Shown piece after piece: positions 1 to 12,676 of a DNA stretch of 64,000 nucleotides. A program made the position numbers and the translations under genes. Source of the stretch: Octopus vulgaris (taxonomy: Eukaryota). Where the stretch lies: contig OX597815.1 of NCBI GenBank assembly GCA_951406725.2, forward strand, positions 22,878,001-22,942,000, read 5' to 3'. The notes below the pieces were generated by a model. It was not told where the DNA came from. It did no database searches and was given only the letters and a program-made list of their open reading frames with translations. How positions within the stretch are numbered: position 1 is the stretch's first letter; each line of letters starts with the position of its first letter.

Positions 1-32
1 TGTATATATATATGTATGTGTATATATATATC

Positions 33-370
33 TTTTCCTTATCTCAGTCATTATGGCCATGCTGGGGCACCACATTGAAGAACTATTAGTCAACTGAATT
101 GAGCCCAATACTTTTTTGTTAAGCCTGGTACTTATTCTATTGGTCTCTTTTCTTAAACTGCTAGGTTACAGGGATGTAAACACACCAATATCAATTGTCA
201 AGCAGTGATGGGAGGGGACAAACATAGATACAAAGATACACATATAAATATATATATATATACATATATGACTGGCTTCTTTCAGTTTTCATCTACCAAA
301 TTCACTCACATGACTTTTGGTCAGCCATGTGTTTAGGAAGGAAACTTCTTACCACACAACCACACCTGCC
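33..370 (-). mobile_element. tRNA-derived SINE, family A (older, internally deleted copy)
   Basis: Diverged match to the family at 8380-8746 (cagtcatt..ggccatgctgg..gtacttattctat..ggcttctttcagttt..cttaccacacaaccac). Confidence 0.8.
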
Positions 371-374
371 ATGC

Positions 375-475
<101 letters not shown>

Positions 476-477
476 AT

Positions 478-1060
478 TTTTAAAAAATAAAAAAATTGAG
501 ATTATTAAATTAATAATTATTTATTAATTACAAAATTGGACATCATCTCTGACAGCTGTTTCGATTCAAGACTCTAGAAATTAATTGGTATAATTAAAAA
601 CATTTTAAAGTTGAATTTCATCGGAGGTGGGAAAAGATATACCCTTACAATTTCATATTATTGTGTGTTGACTGTAGGGAACAAATCCATTAACTCTCAC
701 TGGATTTGCTCCCTACATTCAACACACAATAATATGAAAATGTAAGGGTATATCTTTTTCCACCTCTGATGAAATTCAACTTTAAAATTTTTTAAATTAT
801 GCTAATTAATTTCTAGAGTCTTGAATCGAAACAGCCGTCAGAGATGATGTCCAATTTTGTAATTAATAAATAATTAATTAATTATCTCCATTTTCTTATT
901 TGTTAAAACATATATAAAACCCAGTTTATCCAATTACCTTGCAGTAAAATATCAAGTATAATATTCAATACTTTTTGTAATAGGTAATAAACCAGTATAT
1001 TCATTGGATTTTTGTTATTCCTTAATGAGGTTTTTAACCTTTAATTGAACTTATATATAT
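478..1060. mobile_element. Penelope-like pLTR-derived fold-back element inserted in (TA)n/(CA)n; ~210-bp arms (480-690 vs 700-905)
   Basis: Arms are clear reverse complements (caaaattggacatcatctctgacagctgtttcgattcaagactctagaaa vs tttctagagtcttgaatcgaaacagccgtcagagatgatgtccaattttg); carries hammerhead-like core; Penelope origin is inference. Confidence 0.7.
761..846 (+). ncRNA. Putative minimal type-I hammerhead ribozyme (mirror copy on - strand at ~544-630)
   Basis: CTGATGA(766-772), stem II attcaa/ttgaat, GAAAC-agcc-GTC then agag; minus-arm copy has palindromic GAAACAGCTGTC; stem I is weak. Confidence 0.5.
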
Positions 1061-1744
1061 TTAATCATACACACACATATATTTGTTATGAAGTTAAGGT
1101 GTGGCACTGTTGTCAACACATATATATGGTTATATATAAACATCATTGCAACAGCCACTGAGTTGTGCATATAAACAGTTTCTGTGGTCCACTGATAATA
1201 GGTTCTACTACTTCAAAACTGAGTAGTAGGCAGTAGGAAAAGTATCCTACTGTAAGTTCAACAGCTCCATCAAAATATACTACATTATTTTAAGTTCAAA
1301 GTAAACCTCTTTAACAGTAGCTATATAATAGACAATTCTGAGCTTTGTATTTTGTATTTTGCTAAGAGCATGATTCAACTGATGGAAACAAAAAAGAGAG
1401 GTTGGCCTTTCATCAAATTGCATTCAACTATTTCACTTTGACCCCCGAACTGTTAAATCTAAATTCTATTTTCATACAACCAACTTGAGGCAAATGAATT
1501 CTAAGGACAAAGGCTGTGAATGTTTAAATTCCTCCACCATTGTACACAACTATGAGTTGCTCACTTTCACAAAGAAGAATGATGTAATGAGGTGCTGGGA
1601 AGTTCAAACATAATAACATTTCACCTATGCTCTTGAACAAAACACTGCTTTTCCCCTTTTCCAAGCTGACAATATCCACATCTACTTCTTGACTATTGAT
1701 TAGCAGTAGGAACAACTTTCAGGTACTAAAGGTCCCTCTACATA

Positions 1745-1880
1745 TATCTAACCTTCTACAAATAGCACCCAAATCACACCCAACCATTCTAAATAAGGAA
1801 AGAACACATTAGATAACATAGTCCTTTGATCATATATCTGCTTTAATTAAAGTTAACTCGGAGTTAAACAATAATAATTT
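1745..1880 (+). repeat. Old dispersed repeat family E (other copies ~5505-5640, 32315-32500, 32595-32785, 40720-40865, 45570-45650; inverted pieces ~34020-34090, 34360-34460)
   Basis: Shared motif agaaatagcagccaaat..aaatcacaccctac..acacattggataatgtagtc..cctttgatcatag across copies. Confidence 0.6.
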
Positions 1881-2621
1881 TGAGGTATAAAAACTACTTC
1901 TGCAAAAATACACAAAAATTCTATCTTACCAGAGCAATCCCACCCATGCTAGCAGGGGAAAAAAAATGAATATAGGCATTTTAAAGAAACTCCAACTACC
2001 ATCTTTGGTAATATCAAAAGTTATCTCAGGAATATAAACTGTTATAATAACAAACACTTCTAGTGTTTCCTCCTTTAGTTTCCTCCATGTCAAAATTAAA
2101 TCAGTAGCTTGAAGCAAACATGATATTTATATGTATATCACACACATACAAAACTTATGGGTGGGTGTATGAGACAGTTCAATTTACATCAATTAATCCA
2201 GACATAGATTTCAAGATAAAACTTGTTCTGATGGACAACAAACAAATCAGGTTATGACATGAAAATATTCAATGTTTGTTTATATGTGTGTGTGTATGCG
2301 TGTGTGTGTAATATAAATATGTTAACTGACAGGTGTGTATTTCTATGACAAGATATAGACACATGATGAAGGAAGATGAAAACAAAAAAATATACATATA
2401 CACAAACACAATGTGAAATAAAATCAATAGCCAATCACACTGAAGATGAAACACCAATTAGTTAGTTTGGACAGAATGCTCTACTTGATGTAGACATCAT
2501 CTGTGATGAGTGCAATGCAACAGCTGATAAATCCTCGATTTACCTCTAGTTAGATGGCAACATCTCTTATAAACTCACACACACATTTTATACTAAACGT
2601 TAATAATTAAAATGAAGTTAA

Positions 2622-2780
2622 TCATCATCATCATCGTTTAACGTCTGTTTTCCGCGCTAGCACGGGTTGGACAGTTCGACCGGGGTCTGGGAAGCCAGGG
2701 GCTGCTCCAGGCTCCAGTCTGATCTGGCAGAATTTCTACAGCTGGATGCCCTTCCTAACACCAACCACTCCGCGAGTGTG
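2622..2780 (-). mobile_element. RTE-related short retroposon, family C (3' part with (GAT)n tail)
   Basis: (cat)n-cgtttaacgtc..gctagcacgggttggac..gctggatgcccttcctaacaccaaccactcc; many copies in window. Confidence 0.85.
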
Positions 2781-3269
2781 TAATTTAATAACTACAAATG
2801 AGAAAATTAAAAATAAAGTGTTTAAAAATATGAAATATATAAAAACACTGAATTTAACACTCAACATTGAAACACTGGTTTAAATATTGCTTTTTTTTTT
2901 TTTTTTTTTTTTTTTTTGTCCTTCTGACATTCTAAAGTAAAAACAACCTTAAGTTATAGTGAATAAGATTTATTTGACATCTGAAAATCACTGCTCCTCA
3001 TTTTATCAACTCTAGACAGATTTATGACAAAAATAACCTGGATTTAAAAAGAAAAGTGTAACTAAACAAAGTATTTAGATAAAAAACTATCTCAATTTCT
3101 TACGTTTCAAATATTTCAAATACCAAACCCCATATACAATTTCTATTTCTTATAAATATAATTATTATAAGTTGACTTCCTCACTTCAAGCTTGACCAGC
3201 AGTCAGAAAGCTAATTATTGTCCACTGTCCCTAAACCTAGAAGATTTTTCAAATGATTACTGTTATCAT

Positions 3270-3677
3270 CTTCATCATTATCATCATTTTAACACCCATT
3301 TTCCCATGCCTGCATGGGTCAGCTGGAGTTTATTGAGGTAGATTTTCTAAGTCTAGATACCCTTCATGTCACTAAACCTTACTTGTTTCCAAGCAAGGTA
3401 ATATTTCCCCCATGCCAGACAGGTGCAGAATATTGGAAATAAATGACATTCATTTACAACATCAAGATAAGTAAGGTGACACAAACATACACATATGAGA
3501 CACACATACATATATATATGGTGGGCTTCTTTTAGTTTCCATCGCACAAATCCACTCACAAGGCTTTGATCAGCCAGAGGTTATAATAGAAGATACTTGA
3601 CCAAGGTGCCACACAGTAGGACTGAACCTGAAACTATGTGGTTGGGAAGTAAACTTCTTGATCACACAGCCATGCCT
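3270..3677 (-). mobile_element. SINE family D (family-A tRNA head plus C-like body/(GAT)n tail)
   Basis: Head ccaaggtgccacacagtaggactgaac..cacacagccatgcct joined to catgcctgcatgggtc..gtttccaagcaaggtaatatttcccc; similar copies at 20045-20436 and 54361-54990. Confidence 0.75.
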
Positions 3678-4240
3678 TTTAATTCTGAAAAAGTTGTTTC
3701 TATTGTTTTTTGCTTTATGTTGGGGTTTTTTTTTGCTGTTTTTGCCATTGTTTTTTATTTGTTTTGATTTAGGGAAGAGGGAAGCTTGTTTTTGCTTTGC
3801 TTTTTTTTTTGTATGAACATATTGACTAAATATATAAAAATAAGATATTTGATTTCCCAGATGTTTTATAACTGAATATTTTATTTTACAGCTTCAACAC
3901 GACATGTTTAGTAAATTGACAATATTTTGTAGTTACATCTCAACCACGTCTCATCCTAAAAGAGGAGACATTCTTTTCATGTCTTTCATGTAAAACCAGT
4001 CATCTATATTAATAGCCAACTTTTCTTAAGCAACTCCCAACTTAAATACCCCATATGGCAGAGCCCCATCATAGCCACAGCCAAATGGTTGATACCAGAA
4101 AAAAATATAAGAATATATAAAACACCATTAAAGACAGAACTTCCTTAGAAGAACTTAGATATTTCTTAAGATTGTAAAAAAATACTACTGCTATCAGAAT
4201 ATGAAAAGGTCAGGAGGGTGCAATGTATGATAAAATATAC

Positions 4241-4287
4241 CTGGTGGTTTTTCCTTCTTCCATGGCCACATTGTCAAAAAACTGCCT
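4241..4287 (-). CDS. Candidate 47-nt exon, possibly containing the start codon (RQFFDNVA-MEEGKTT..); product unknown
   Basis: ttttcattttcag|AGGCAG...ACCACCAG|gtatat on minus strand; open frame; GCCATGG strong Kozak context. Confidence 0.55.
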
Positions 4288-5089
4288 CTGAAAATGAAAA
4301 ACAAATATAAATATTAATAACTTACTAGTAATATAAATTTAATAATATATGATAAATAAGCTGATCATCAAAGATTGTGCTATCTCAAGAAAGCAAAGAG
4401 TTCTTCCATTTCCTGATTTTGAAAACTAAAAATTCCTCCTATTAGATGTTCTTTTATTGATGTGAGGCTTTTCATAGGTCAGAGAAAAAGATAAAATTTA
4501 ATGTCAGTAAGGCATTATAAAAAAAAACACATTTAAATATTTCAAAACTTCTTACAAAGGGGCATTGTTTACAATGATCTTACTTACGTCATGTCTTACT
4601 GTTTAGATTGAGGTTTTGATAGAATGTTTTAATTTTTTTTTCTAGGTAAATACTAAGCATCATCATCATCAAGTGTAGTGCTTAACATTACTATTAATTA
4701 GATATAATCATTTTAATTAGCACCATTTCTAATTAGCCCCAAGCTTATTATTATTACCACTCGGCATCTCAAAATAAATCAATATAGTTTTCATACCAAA
4801 AAGAAAAAAATTTAGATGTTATAGTAGGCAAAAGCCAAAATTCACTTTGACACACTGTAAAGTGTTTAAATTAATATTTTAAGGAATTTCGCTTTAGATT
4901 ATAATACATATATTTTGATAAGCATTACTTTACAATCAAGTCACTTAATGTGTAATATTACTTTTCAAAATAGAGAAAGTTGAAATATGCTTGTTCTTTC
5001 TTAAGTTTAACTTTTCTCAATAGCTTATTATTATTAAGGAATGTTTCATATAACACTGCACACTTTAGATTTTCCTTATATTTGTTGGG

Positions 5090-5427
5090 ATCAGAGCAGC
5101 TAACTGGCCTCTTTGCCGGTGGCACGTAAAAAGCACCATTCAAGTGTGATCGTTACCAGCATCACCTTACTGGTGCCGGTGGTATGTGTAAAAAGATTCG
5201 AGCGAGGTCATTGCCAGTACCGCCTTACTGGCCCCTGTACCGGTGGCACGTAAAAGCACCCACTACACTCTCGGAGTGGTTGGCATTAGGAAGGACATCC
5301 AGCTGTAGAAACTCTGCCAGATCAAGATTGAAGCCTGGTGCAGCCATCTGGTTCGCCAGCCCTCAGTCAAATTGTCCAACCCATGCTAGCATGGAAAGCA
5401 GACGTCAAACGATGATGATGATGATGC
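5090..5427 (+). mobile_element. RTE-related retroposon family C
   Basis: ggtggcacgtaaaaagcacc..ttaggaaggacatccagctgtagaaac..acccatgctagcatggaaagcagacgtcaaac(gat)n. Confidence 0.9.
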
Positions 5428-6192
5428 TACAGTGACAATCACCACTAAGATTACAATCAACAAATAAGTCAACACTCCCCTTAAAGAAAATTTGCATTTT
5501 TTGTATTCACTTGACTTGTAAGAAATAGTCGCCAAAATTTCCCTAAATCACATCCTACCATCTTAATAAAAGAAAGTACATTTTGAACTGTGTAATCCTT
5601 AATATCTAGGGAGACAGGATAGTCACACTATTATCATCTTTACATCAGCCCTTCCTCAAAAGTCACATGGGATTTTGAAGAGGAGAGATTTATGGTTAGA
5701 CGGTCTTCCTGATAACAACCATTCTTGTTGCCCCTTACAGCACAAAAGGATATGGTATGCTTATCCTAAACACCAGGATGTACACATCTTGGTGAAAAAC
5801 TAACCAGATATAAATTATGACCCAACACATGACCAAATGCAGCCGCATAAATTAAGAAGCTTACTTAGTTATAATACCTACAACTTCCATATTCTCCTCG
5901 TTTCATCATTCAGGTCATGATATATTTAGCATAATTATCTCAAAATTGTAATAATGATTTCTAAAATGGGGCACCTATAATTGACTGGTACTTATTTTAT
6001 TGACACCAAAAAGATGAAAGGTAAATACTAATAGAAATATATATTTGATGCATTAACATAACTGGCAGTATGTCATATTCTCTGTTTGTCCTGCCCACAA
6101 AAATGTAAAAAAGATACACAGATAATGAAAGTCTCATCGCAGTTACTATTATTGCTATACAACACAAACAGATGGGTCATTTTGTGAGCTGA

Positions 6193-6620
6193 ACATCGTC
6201 ATCATCATCGTTTAATGTCCTCCTTCCATGCTGGCATGGGTTGGACAGTTCGCCAGGAGCTGGACAGGCAGAAGCCTGAACTGTGCTTTTATGTCTGTTT
6301 TGGTATGGTTTTTTCGGTTGGATGTCCTTCCTAACTCCAACCACTCTGTAGAGTGAGCTGAGTGCTTTTTACTTGGCACTTGTACAGGTGAGATCAATTT
6401 TGACATGGTTTTTACAGCTGGATGCCCTTCCAAAGGCCAACCACTTTACAGTGTGGACTGGGTACTTTTTAAGTGGCACCTGCACTGGTAGGGTCACCAA
6501 GGAATCTTTGAGAGGGTGGGAGCATTGGAGGAGATGATCTTGAAAGGTTAGAGTGTGACAGAGAGACAGAAAACAGATGTCTTGCTGTAGAAGAGATATA
6601 TAGTTACCCAGACAGAGAGA
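6193..6620 (-). mobile_element. Family C variant with duplicated internal module (similar copy 38198-38620)
   Basis: (cat)n..ttccatgctggcatggg..two ggatgcccttcc..aaccact modules. Confidence 0.75.
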
Positions 6621-6834
6621 CATTGAGCAGAAATGCTCAAGTTCAATTGTCCATGTATAAATTGAGTCTATATATATTTTATTCTTTGTTTTAATATTAT
6701 TATGCTTTAAACTTATCTTTGTTATGGAAATGTTTCTAAAGAAAACCTTGTTCTAATAATTCCATATTAGTTGTTGATGTTTATTTTTGTGCAAAACAAA
6801 ATTAAACACTCAAAACAATTACAATATATAATGG

Positions 6835-7320
6835 AGACTGAAAGAAGCCTCTGTGTGTATGTGAGAGAGAGAGGGAGGGAGAGAGACCTTGAGTTGCAAA
6901 TGATAGTCACTGTCATACAAGCAGTGTCATTCTTTTCCAATATTCCATGAAAATGTGTCTGGCCATGAGGAAATGCTACCATGCTTGAAAACGGGTGAGG
7001 GCTGATGAAAGTAAGAGCATCAGGTTGTAGAAAAATCTGTCTGAATAAATTCCATCCGACCCATTCAAGCATGGAAAAATGGATGGTGAGATGATGATGA
7101 TATCTATTATATAATCAGAACATTGGCACAATAGCAAGGCAACTCTTCCTTTCATCAGCCCTCACTGGTTTTCAAGCATGGTAAACATTTCCTCATGGCC
7201 AGACACATTTTCATGGAATATTGGAAAAGAACAACACTGCTTGTATGACAGTGACTATCATTTGCAACTATTGGGCTGTGTCAAAACAAGGTCTCTCTCT
7301 CACACACACACACACACTCA
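6835..7320. repeat. Inverted duplication of a family-D SINE segment (~6890-7018 vs ~7142-7270)
   Basis: gttgcaaatgatagtcactgtcatacaagcagtg..gggctgatgaaag is the reverse complement of ctttcatcagccctcac..cactgcttgtatgacagtgactatcatttgcaac. Confidence 0.85.
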
Positions 7321-7679
7321 CCAGACAAAAGCAAATTAAAACATTATTGATATTAGGTGCTAACTACAAACTAGCTAGGACGGTTAAGTGTCACAGTAAG
7401 CTGAGATAAATATAAACAGCTGGGCTTTCAGAACAATTTTACTAAAACTTACAAAGAAATAATGTATTAACAATTCATAAGTGGAGAATATAGGCACAAG
7501 CAATTTGAGGTATAATAAGCATATCAAATTTAGAGGCACCATGACCTACTGACCACATTGTCTTGAGTTCAAACTTCGTTACAGAAGTTGTATTTATTTA
7601 CCCTTGGGCAAGGCATGAATGCTGTTGTATTCTAATACCAATATACAGATTATAATCCACCCACCCACCCCCGCCCTAA

Positions 7680-8130
7680 CAGAGCAGTCAGTAGTGGAAA
7701 GAGCAACTAGTTGCAACTCCGCCTTTATACGAATAACAACACATGAGTACGGATACATAAATGTGAAACGGTAAAAAAGAAAAAAATAATAATTTTGCAC
7801 TCTAAATTCTTTACACAAAATATGGATATGGAATCACGCGATGTTACGCAGACACCTCATGCAAATTACATACGTACACACAAAAAAAAAAAAAAAAACC
7901 TTCTTACGAAGGGACATTACTATGGTATAATATTACGATAGTGACCTCCCTTGTTTTAATCACTTCGTAACTTGTTGATTGTATTATGTGAAAGTGTGAG
8001 CGTAAAAACGAAAGGAAAAGTACAAATTTGAGTGATCGAGTGGAGTCGGTCAAATTCTGCTGCTCTAGGTTTTGTGTTTCTCATCTTATTTTCGCAATTT
8101 TATTTTGTTCTTATTACCGACTTTTCTCTG
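7680..8130 (-). promoter_or_regulatory. CpG-preserved putative promoter / non-coding first exon (donor GTAAGA after 7908) of a minus-strand gene
   Basis: Unique sequence visibly richer in CpG than flanks; cccttc|gtaagaagg on minus strand; lies upstream of exon 4241-4287. Confidence 0.4.
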
Positions 8131-8379
8131 CTACAAAATATTAAACTTATGAAGTACAGATAAAGTAAAAAAAAACACAATCGATAACAAAAACGAACTT
8201 TTTAAACTTTATCCTAGAATTCCTGACAATATGCAATCACAGGTACAATACCCAAAACTTATTCACAGATCTTGATTACTTACTTTGTGCTTTTGTACTT
8301 TATTTACTTTGTTTAGAAAAATTATTTACTTTGTGCTTTTGTGTTTTATTTACTTTGCTTTAAAAAATTATTTACTTAT

Positions 8380-8746
8380 AGGCGCAGGAGTGGCTGTGTG
8401 GTAAGTAGCTTGCTAACCAACCACATGGTTCCGGGTTCAGCGGGTGTCTTCTGCTATAGCCCCGGGCTGACCAATGCCTTGTGAGTGGATTTGGTAGACA
8501 GAAACTGAAAGAATCCTGTCGTATATATGTATATATATGTGTGTGTCTGTGTTTGTCCCCCTAGCATTGCTTGACAACCGATGCTGGTGTGTTTACGTCC
8601 CCGTAACTTAGCGGTTCGGCAATAGAGACCGATAGAATAAGTACTGGGCTTACAAAGAATAGGTCCCGGGTTTGATTTGCTCGACTGGAGACGGTGCTCC
8701 AGCATGGCCACAGTCAAATGACTGAAACAAGTAAAAGAGAGAGAGT
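8380..8746 (+). mobile_element. tRNA-derived SINE family A (small head deletion)
   Basis: ggcgcaggagTGGCTGTGTGGtaag (A box), GGTTCAG (B box), internal (TA)n/(TG)n, tail cagtcaaatgactgaaacaagtaaaaga. Confidence 0.9.
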
Positions 8747-8965
8747 TTGTGTTTTATTTACTTTGCTAGGTAGTCGTTGTAGGATCGACTAGTCACGACT
8801 AGTCCACTCTTCTTAAATAGTACCAAACTTATTCACAGATCCTGATTACAAAACTTATTTTCTGTCAGAAAAGACTTGTCACAATTACAATTCACATAAC
8901 CACACATGAATATAATATTCCACTTAAAACTGCTCTGAGTCACATGCTATATTAGAAACTATATA

Positions 8966-9392
8966 GGATCTTTTCGGTTTGAACGGCAGTTTTTTCTAGC
9001 AATGTCATGTGAAATTGTCACCCATAATTATGGCCCTAGTATCGATCTATTGCATTTCAATCTGTTTTAGTGTTAGGATTGGTTAGGGTTAGGGGTGGGG
9101 AAAAGGGTATTTTTTTTTCTTCACAAATGTAAATAAACACAATCTGTTTCTTAAACGAGGGACATATTCATATGGCACAGAATGTTTTTTTACCTCAATA
9201 GACGTCAGTGATTGGTTGAAATTGCAGAAATTGAAAAGAAATAACAACAAATATCTTACAAACTATAGAATTTTCTCAATAAAGCCAAGAGAAAAAATGT
9301 TTTATAAACACATTCTACCAGTATACGAAGTTTAAAATTTTTTAGTTACCTAGAAATTATGTTAGAAACTGCAGTTCAAACCGAAAAGATCC
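8966..9392. mobile_element. MITE, Merlin-like (GG termini, 8-bp TSD ACTATATA)
   Basis: TIR ggatcttttcggtttgaac / gttcaaaccgaaaagatcc; actatata on both flanks; second copy 13696-14122. Confidence 0.85.
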
Positions 9393-10550
9393 ACTATATA
9401 AACTTTCGTTTCTGTGGTATAACAGAGTTGGTGTAAAGCACGTAAAATCTAGAATGTTATAATGAGCAAATAAGGTTGTTTAATTGTCGATTGTATTGAT
9501 TGATATAGTACAAATGTATTCCAGTCCCTTCTCTCACCATCACAATATGTCTGAACTTTCAGCAAACCGTATCAGCTAACTTATCCACTAGCTCTAGTTA
9601 GGGTGAAATGGTACAATGCCCTAACCTATCTGAGATAGCAAAGTGGGTAACCAAAACTATCTTCCTATATATATATATATCCCTCTACAGCTCACACAAC
9701 CAAAGTTCATAACTTTTAAATGGTTCACAAACAACTGCAACAGAGTATGTACAGGTAAAACAATATAACCTACAACACCTCAGATCTTGTCCTAAATACT
9801 CTGTCCACATTTTGCCTACAGACGTCTCAACTCAACATATATCTCCTGGCTGCTGCTCCTTTCATACTTTAAGCTCTTAACACCTAACACAAAGCTGCTT
9901 GCCTCTCTTCTCTAGTCTCAATCAGCCAACAGGGATCTTAGTCCCACATGTTACATTTGAAACCTCACTAATGTTAGTGTCAAGGAAAAAAAACAGTGCT
10001 CTCTAGAAAGTCATTGGTAATAAGAAGGGCATGCTGCTCTTGTCAACACTATAGAAACCATACCAAAACTGACATTGAAACCTGACACAGTCCCCTGACT
10101 TGTTGGATCTTGTCAAACTGTCCAACCCATACCAGCATAGAAAACAGACATCAAATGATGATAATGACAGCGATGCTGATATACTTTGATAACATATAGC
10201 ACTCTGCTTGGTGCTAATTGAAAATATAATCTCTGTAACACTACCTGAGTACCGATTTTGTTAGAATCATTAAAAATACTTTAAACCCCTTAACATTTAA
10301 ATCAGTTGTACCTAGCCCAAATATTCTACCTGTTTTATTGTTTTATGTTCAAACTCGTCAGATTTGGCCTCTCACATTTAATCTACACAAACAGTCTAGA
10401 AATAAACAATCACATCATCAAAGTTTCAAAGCTAAGTAATAATGCTTGATTAGTGATCTGACTGCTAAAGGAATAATCATCACAATGCAGATGATGGTAC
10501 TTGAGAAGTTTTTAATTTCTAGTGAAATCACTCTCATCTTCCATTTCCCC

Positions 10551-10599
<49 letters not shown>

Positions 10600-10821
10600 T
10601 CCCTCCCTCTCTATCTATCTATCTATCTATCTCTCAATAGCTATATAATTCTGTGTATTTACTTGCTGACTTTTAATTGCTAACACTTCAGCAAGTAATA
10701 GAACAGTACTCAAGTTTACAACAAACACTTGCTCTACAATAAACATTGAGTAGCTTTTGTTTGTAATACAATTTGTAAATATAATATGTCAACATCATCT
10801 AAAGCCACTAACTTTTGGAGT

Positions 10822-11081
10822 ATAGAAGGCTCTTCCAAACATGTCTCGAGTCAAAAATTGAACAATATTTTGGTATCTTATTTGCTTTATTTGTCAAGTT
10901 ACAACAAAAGTAACCTAACATTCAAAGTGGAGGCCATCGTGTTACATCATGTCACCTTCCTTCCAGTTCTTTGATCTCACTTTGATACCAGTTCTTATCC
11001 TTGAAGGCAAAGAACTCTTTCATTAAAGCTTTTACCTCCTCTCAGTTGAAACATTGCAAGTGCAGGAAGTGAGCCATGGAT
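10822..11081 (-). mobile_element. mariner transposase C-terminal relic
   Basis: Minus-strand translation SMAHFLHLQCFN*EEVKALMKEFFAFKDKNWYQSEIKELEGR* matches the mariner C-terminus pattern (EFFASK..WY..GI..L..RW). Confidence 0.75.
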
Positions 11082-11518
11082 CACCGCATGGTTCTTGGTC
11101 TCAAGCATTTGTCTTATGAAGAAAGGCTGAAGACGCTCGACCTTTATTCTCTAGAAAAACGACGACACCGTGGTGATCTCATTCTTGCTCACAACATCAT
11201 AAGCGGAAAGTGTAACCTCTCGAAAGAGCTGTTCTTCACTCCTGCTCCAGAGCGTCGGCTGCAGGGTCACTCCAAAAAGCTCTATCTGTGACGATTTCAT
11301 CTCAATCAAAGGAGAGGGGCTTTCTCCGTCCAGGTTGCAGATCCGTGGAATATGCTGCCGGACGAGATAGTGAAGATGCCGACGACCGCTCAGTTCAAAG
11401 TCTCTCTTGACCAGAAATGGCCTGAACTCTTTGCATGAACACCACCCTGTACATAACTCCATGTCCCCCTACATGGCCTTGCTTTTTGCTTTTTGAGCCA
11501 AAAAATTAACTAACTAAC
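11082..11518 (+). mobile_element. CR1/L2-clade LINE 3' end (5'-truncated)
   Basis: RMVLGLKHLSYEERLKTLDLYSLEKRRHRGDLI..GHSKKL..RRGAFSV..WNMLPDEIV..FKVSLD; (TAAC)n tail. Confidence 0.9.
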
Positions 11519-11894
11519 AAGTAGCAACCTTCATTTTCAATCTTCCATAAAACATGGATGGCCATGGGAAAATGTTACCTTATTTGGAAACAAGTGAGGG
11601 TTAGTGACAGGAAGGTCATCTGGCCACAGGAAATCTGCCACAATAAATTCCATCCAATGCATGTGAGCATAGAAAAGGTGCACATTTAAACAGCATCAAT
11701 GAGAAATGTGTTTTATGTGTGTATAATAACTACAACTAGTTCCCACTTCCTAGAACACTGAAACCCCTGAAGTTCCCTCCTAGCTCAATCAACCCTTTCA
11801 CACAGGTGTTGATGACATAGATTCAAAAGGAACACGAATAGCATCGATCTCAGGATTAGATTTTTAAGTGTTCTGATTTATATGTAAAATGTTA

Positions 11895-12314
11895 TATCTC
11901 TTTTACTCTCTCTCTCTCTCTCTCTTTTACTTGTTTCAGTCATTTGACTGCGGCCATGCTGGAGCACTGCCTTTTGTCGAGCAAATCGACCCCGAGACTT
12001 ATTCTTTGTAAGCCCAGTACTTATTCTATCGGTCTCTTTTGCCAAACCGCTAAGTGACGGGGACGTAAACACACCAGCATCGGTTATCAAGCAATGCTAG
12101 GGGGACAAACACAGACACACAAACATATACACACACATACATATATATATATACATATATACGACAGGCTTCTTTCAGTTTCCGTCTACCAAATCCACTC
12201 ACAAGGCATTGGTCAGCCCGGGGCTATAGCAGAAGACACTTGCCCAAAGTGCCACGCAGTGGGACTGAACCTGGAATCATGTGGTTGGTAAGCAAGCTAT
12301 TTACCACACAGCCA
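11895..12314 (-). mobile_element. SINE family A
   Basis: Full match to the 8380 family in reverse orientation. Confidence 0.9.
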
Positions 12315-12604
12315 GAAAAATTCTGTCAATTTTCCCTCAGTAAAAAAAAAAAAAAGAGAGTGAGGAGGGAGTGAGTTAGTGAGTGAGGAGTGAGTGAGAG
12401 AGACAGAGGGAAAGAGAATGTTTAAGAGATAAAGTAGACATATAATTATAACCACACATTTTAATTACAAAGATTAAAATTCATCTTTAAAGGATTGACA
12501 ACTTTAGAATGTTGGGCTCCAACATTCTATCAAGTAAACTTCCTAAGAATTTGGAATTTTTTTCAGCTGAGAAGTAGATGAAAATACTTGGGTGGGGTTG
12601 AAAA

Positions 12605-12676
12605 GATTAATATTCATTTTGAATTATAACTTCATGTTTAATAACAAGAAGTTATAATTCAAAATGAATATTAATC
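12605..12676. repeat. Short AT-rich palindrome followed by a small tandem duplication
   Basis: gattaatattcattttgaattataacttc / gaagttataattcaaaatgaatattaatc. Confidence 0.8.

Noticed and set aside
8380-8460. tRNA-like A/B boxes (also in family B heads)
   Set aside because: SINE heads continuing into SINE bodies; no cloverleaf, so not tRNA genes
11878-12291. Recurring ORFs such as DRLLSVSVYQIHSQG / PEAIVEDTCPRCHAVGLN / LDALPNANHS
   Set aside because: Chance translations of SINE families A and C, repeated wherever the element occurs
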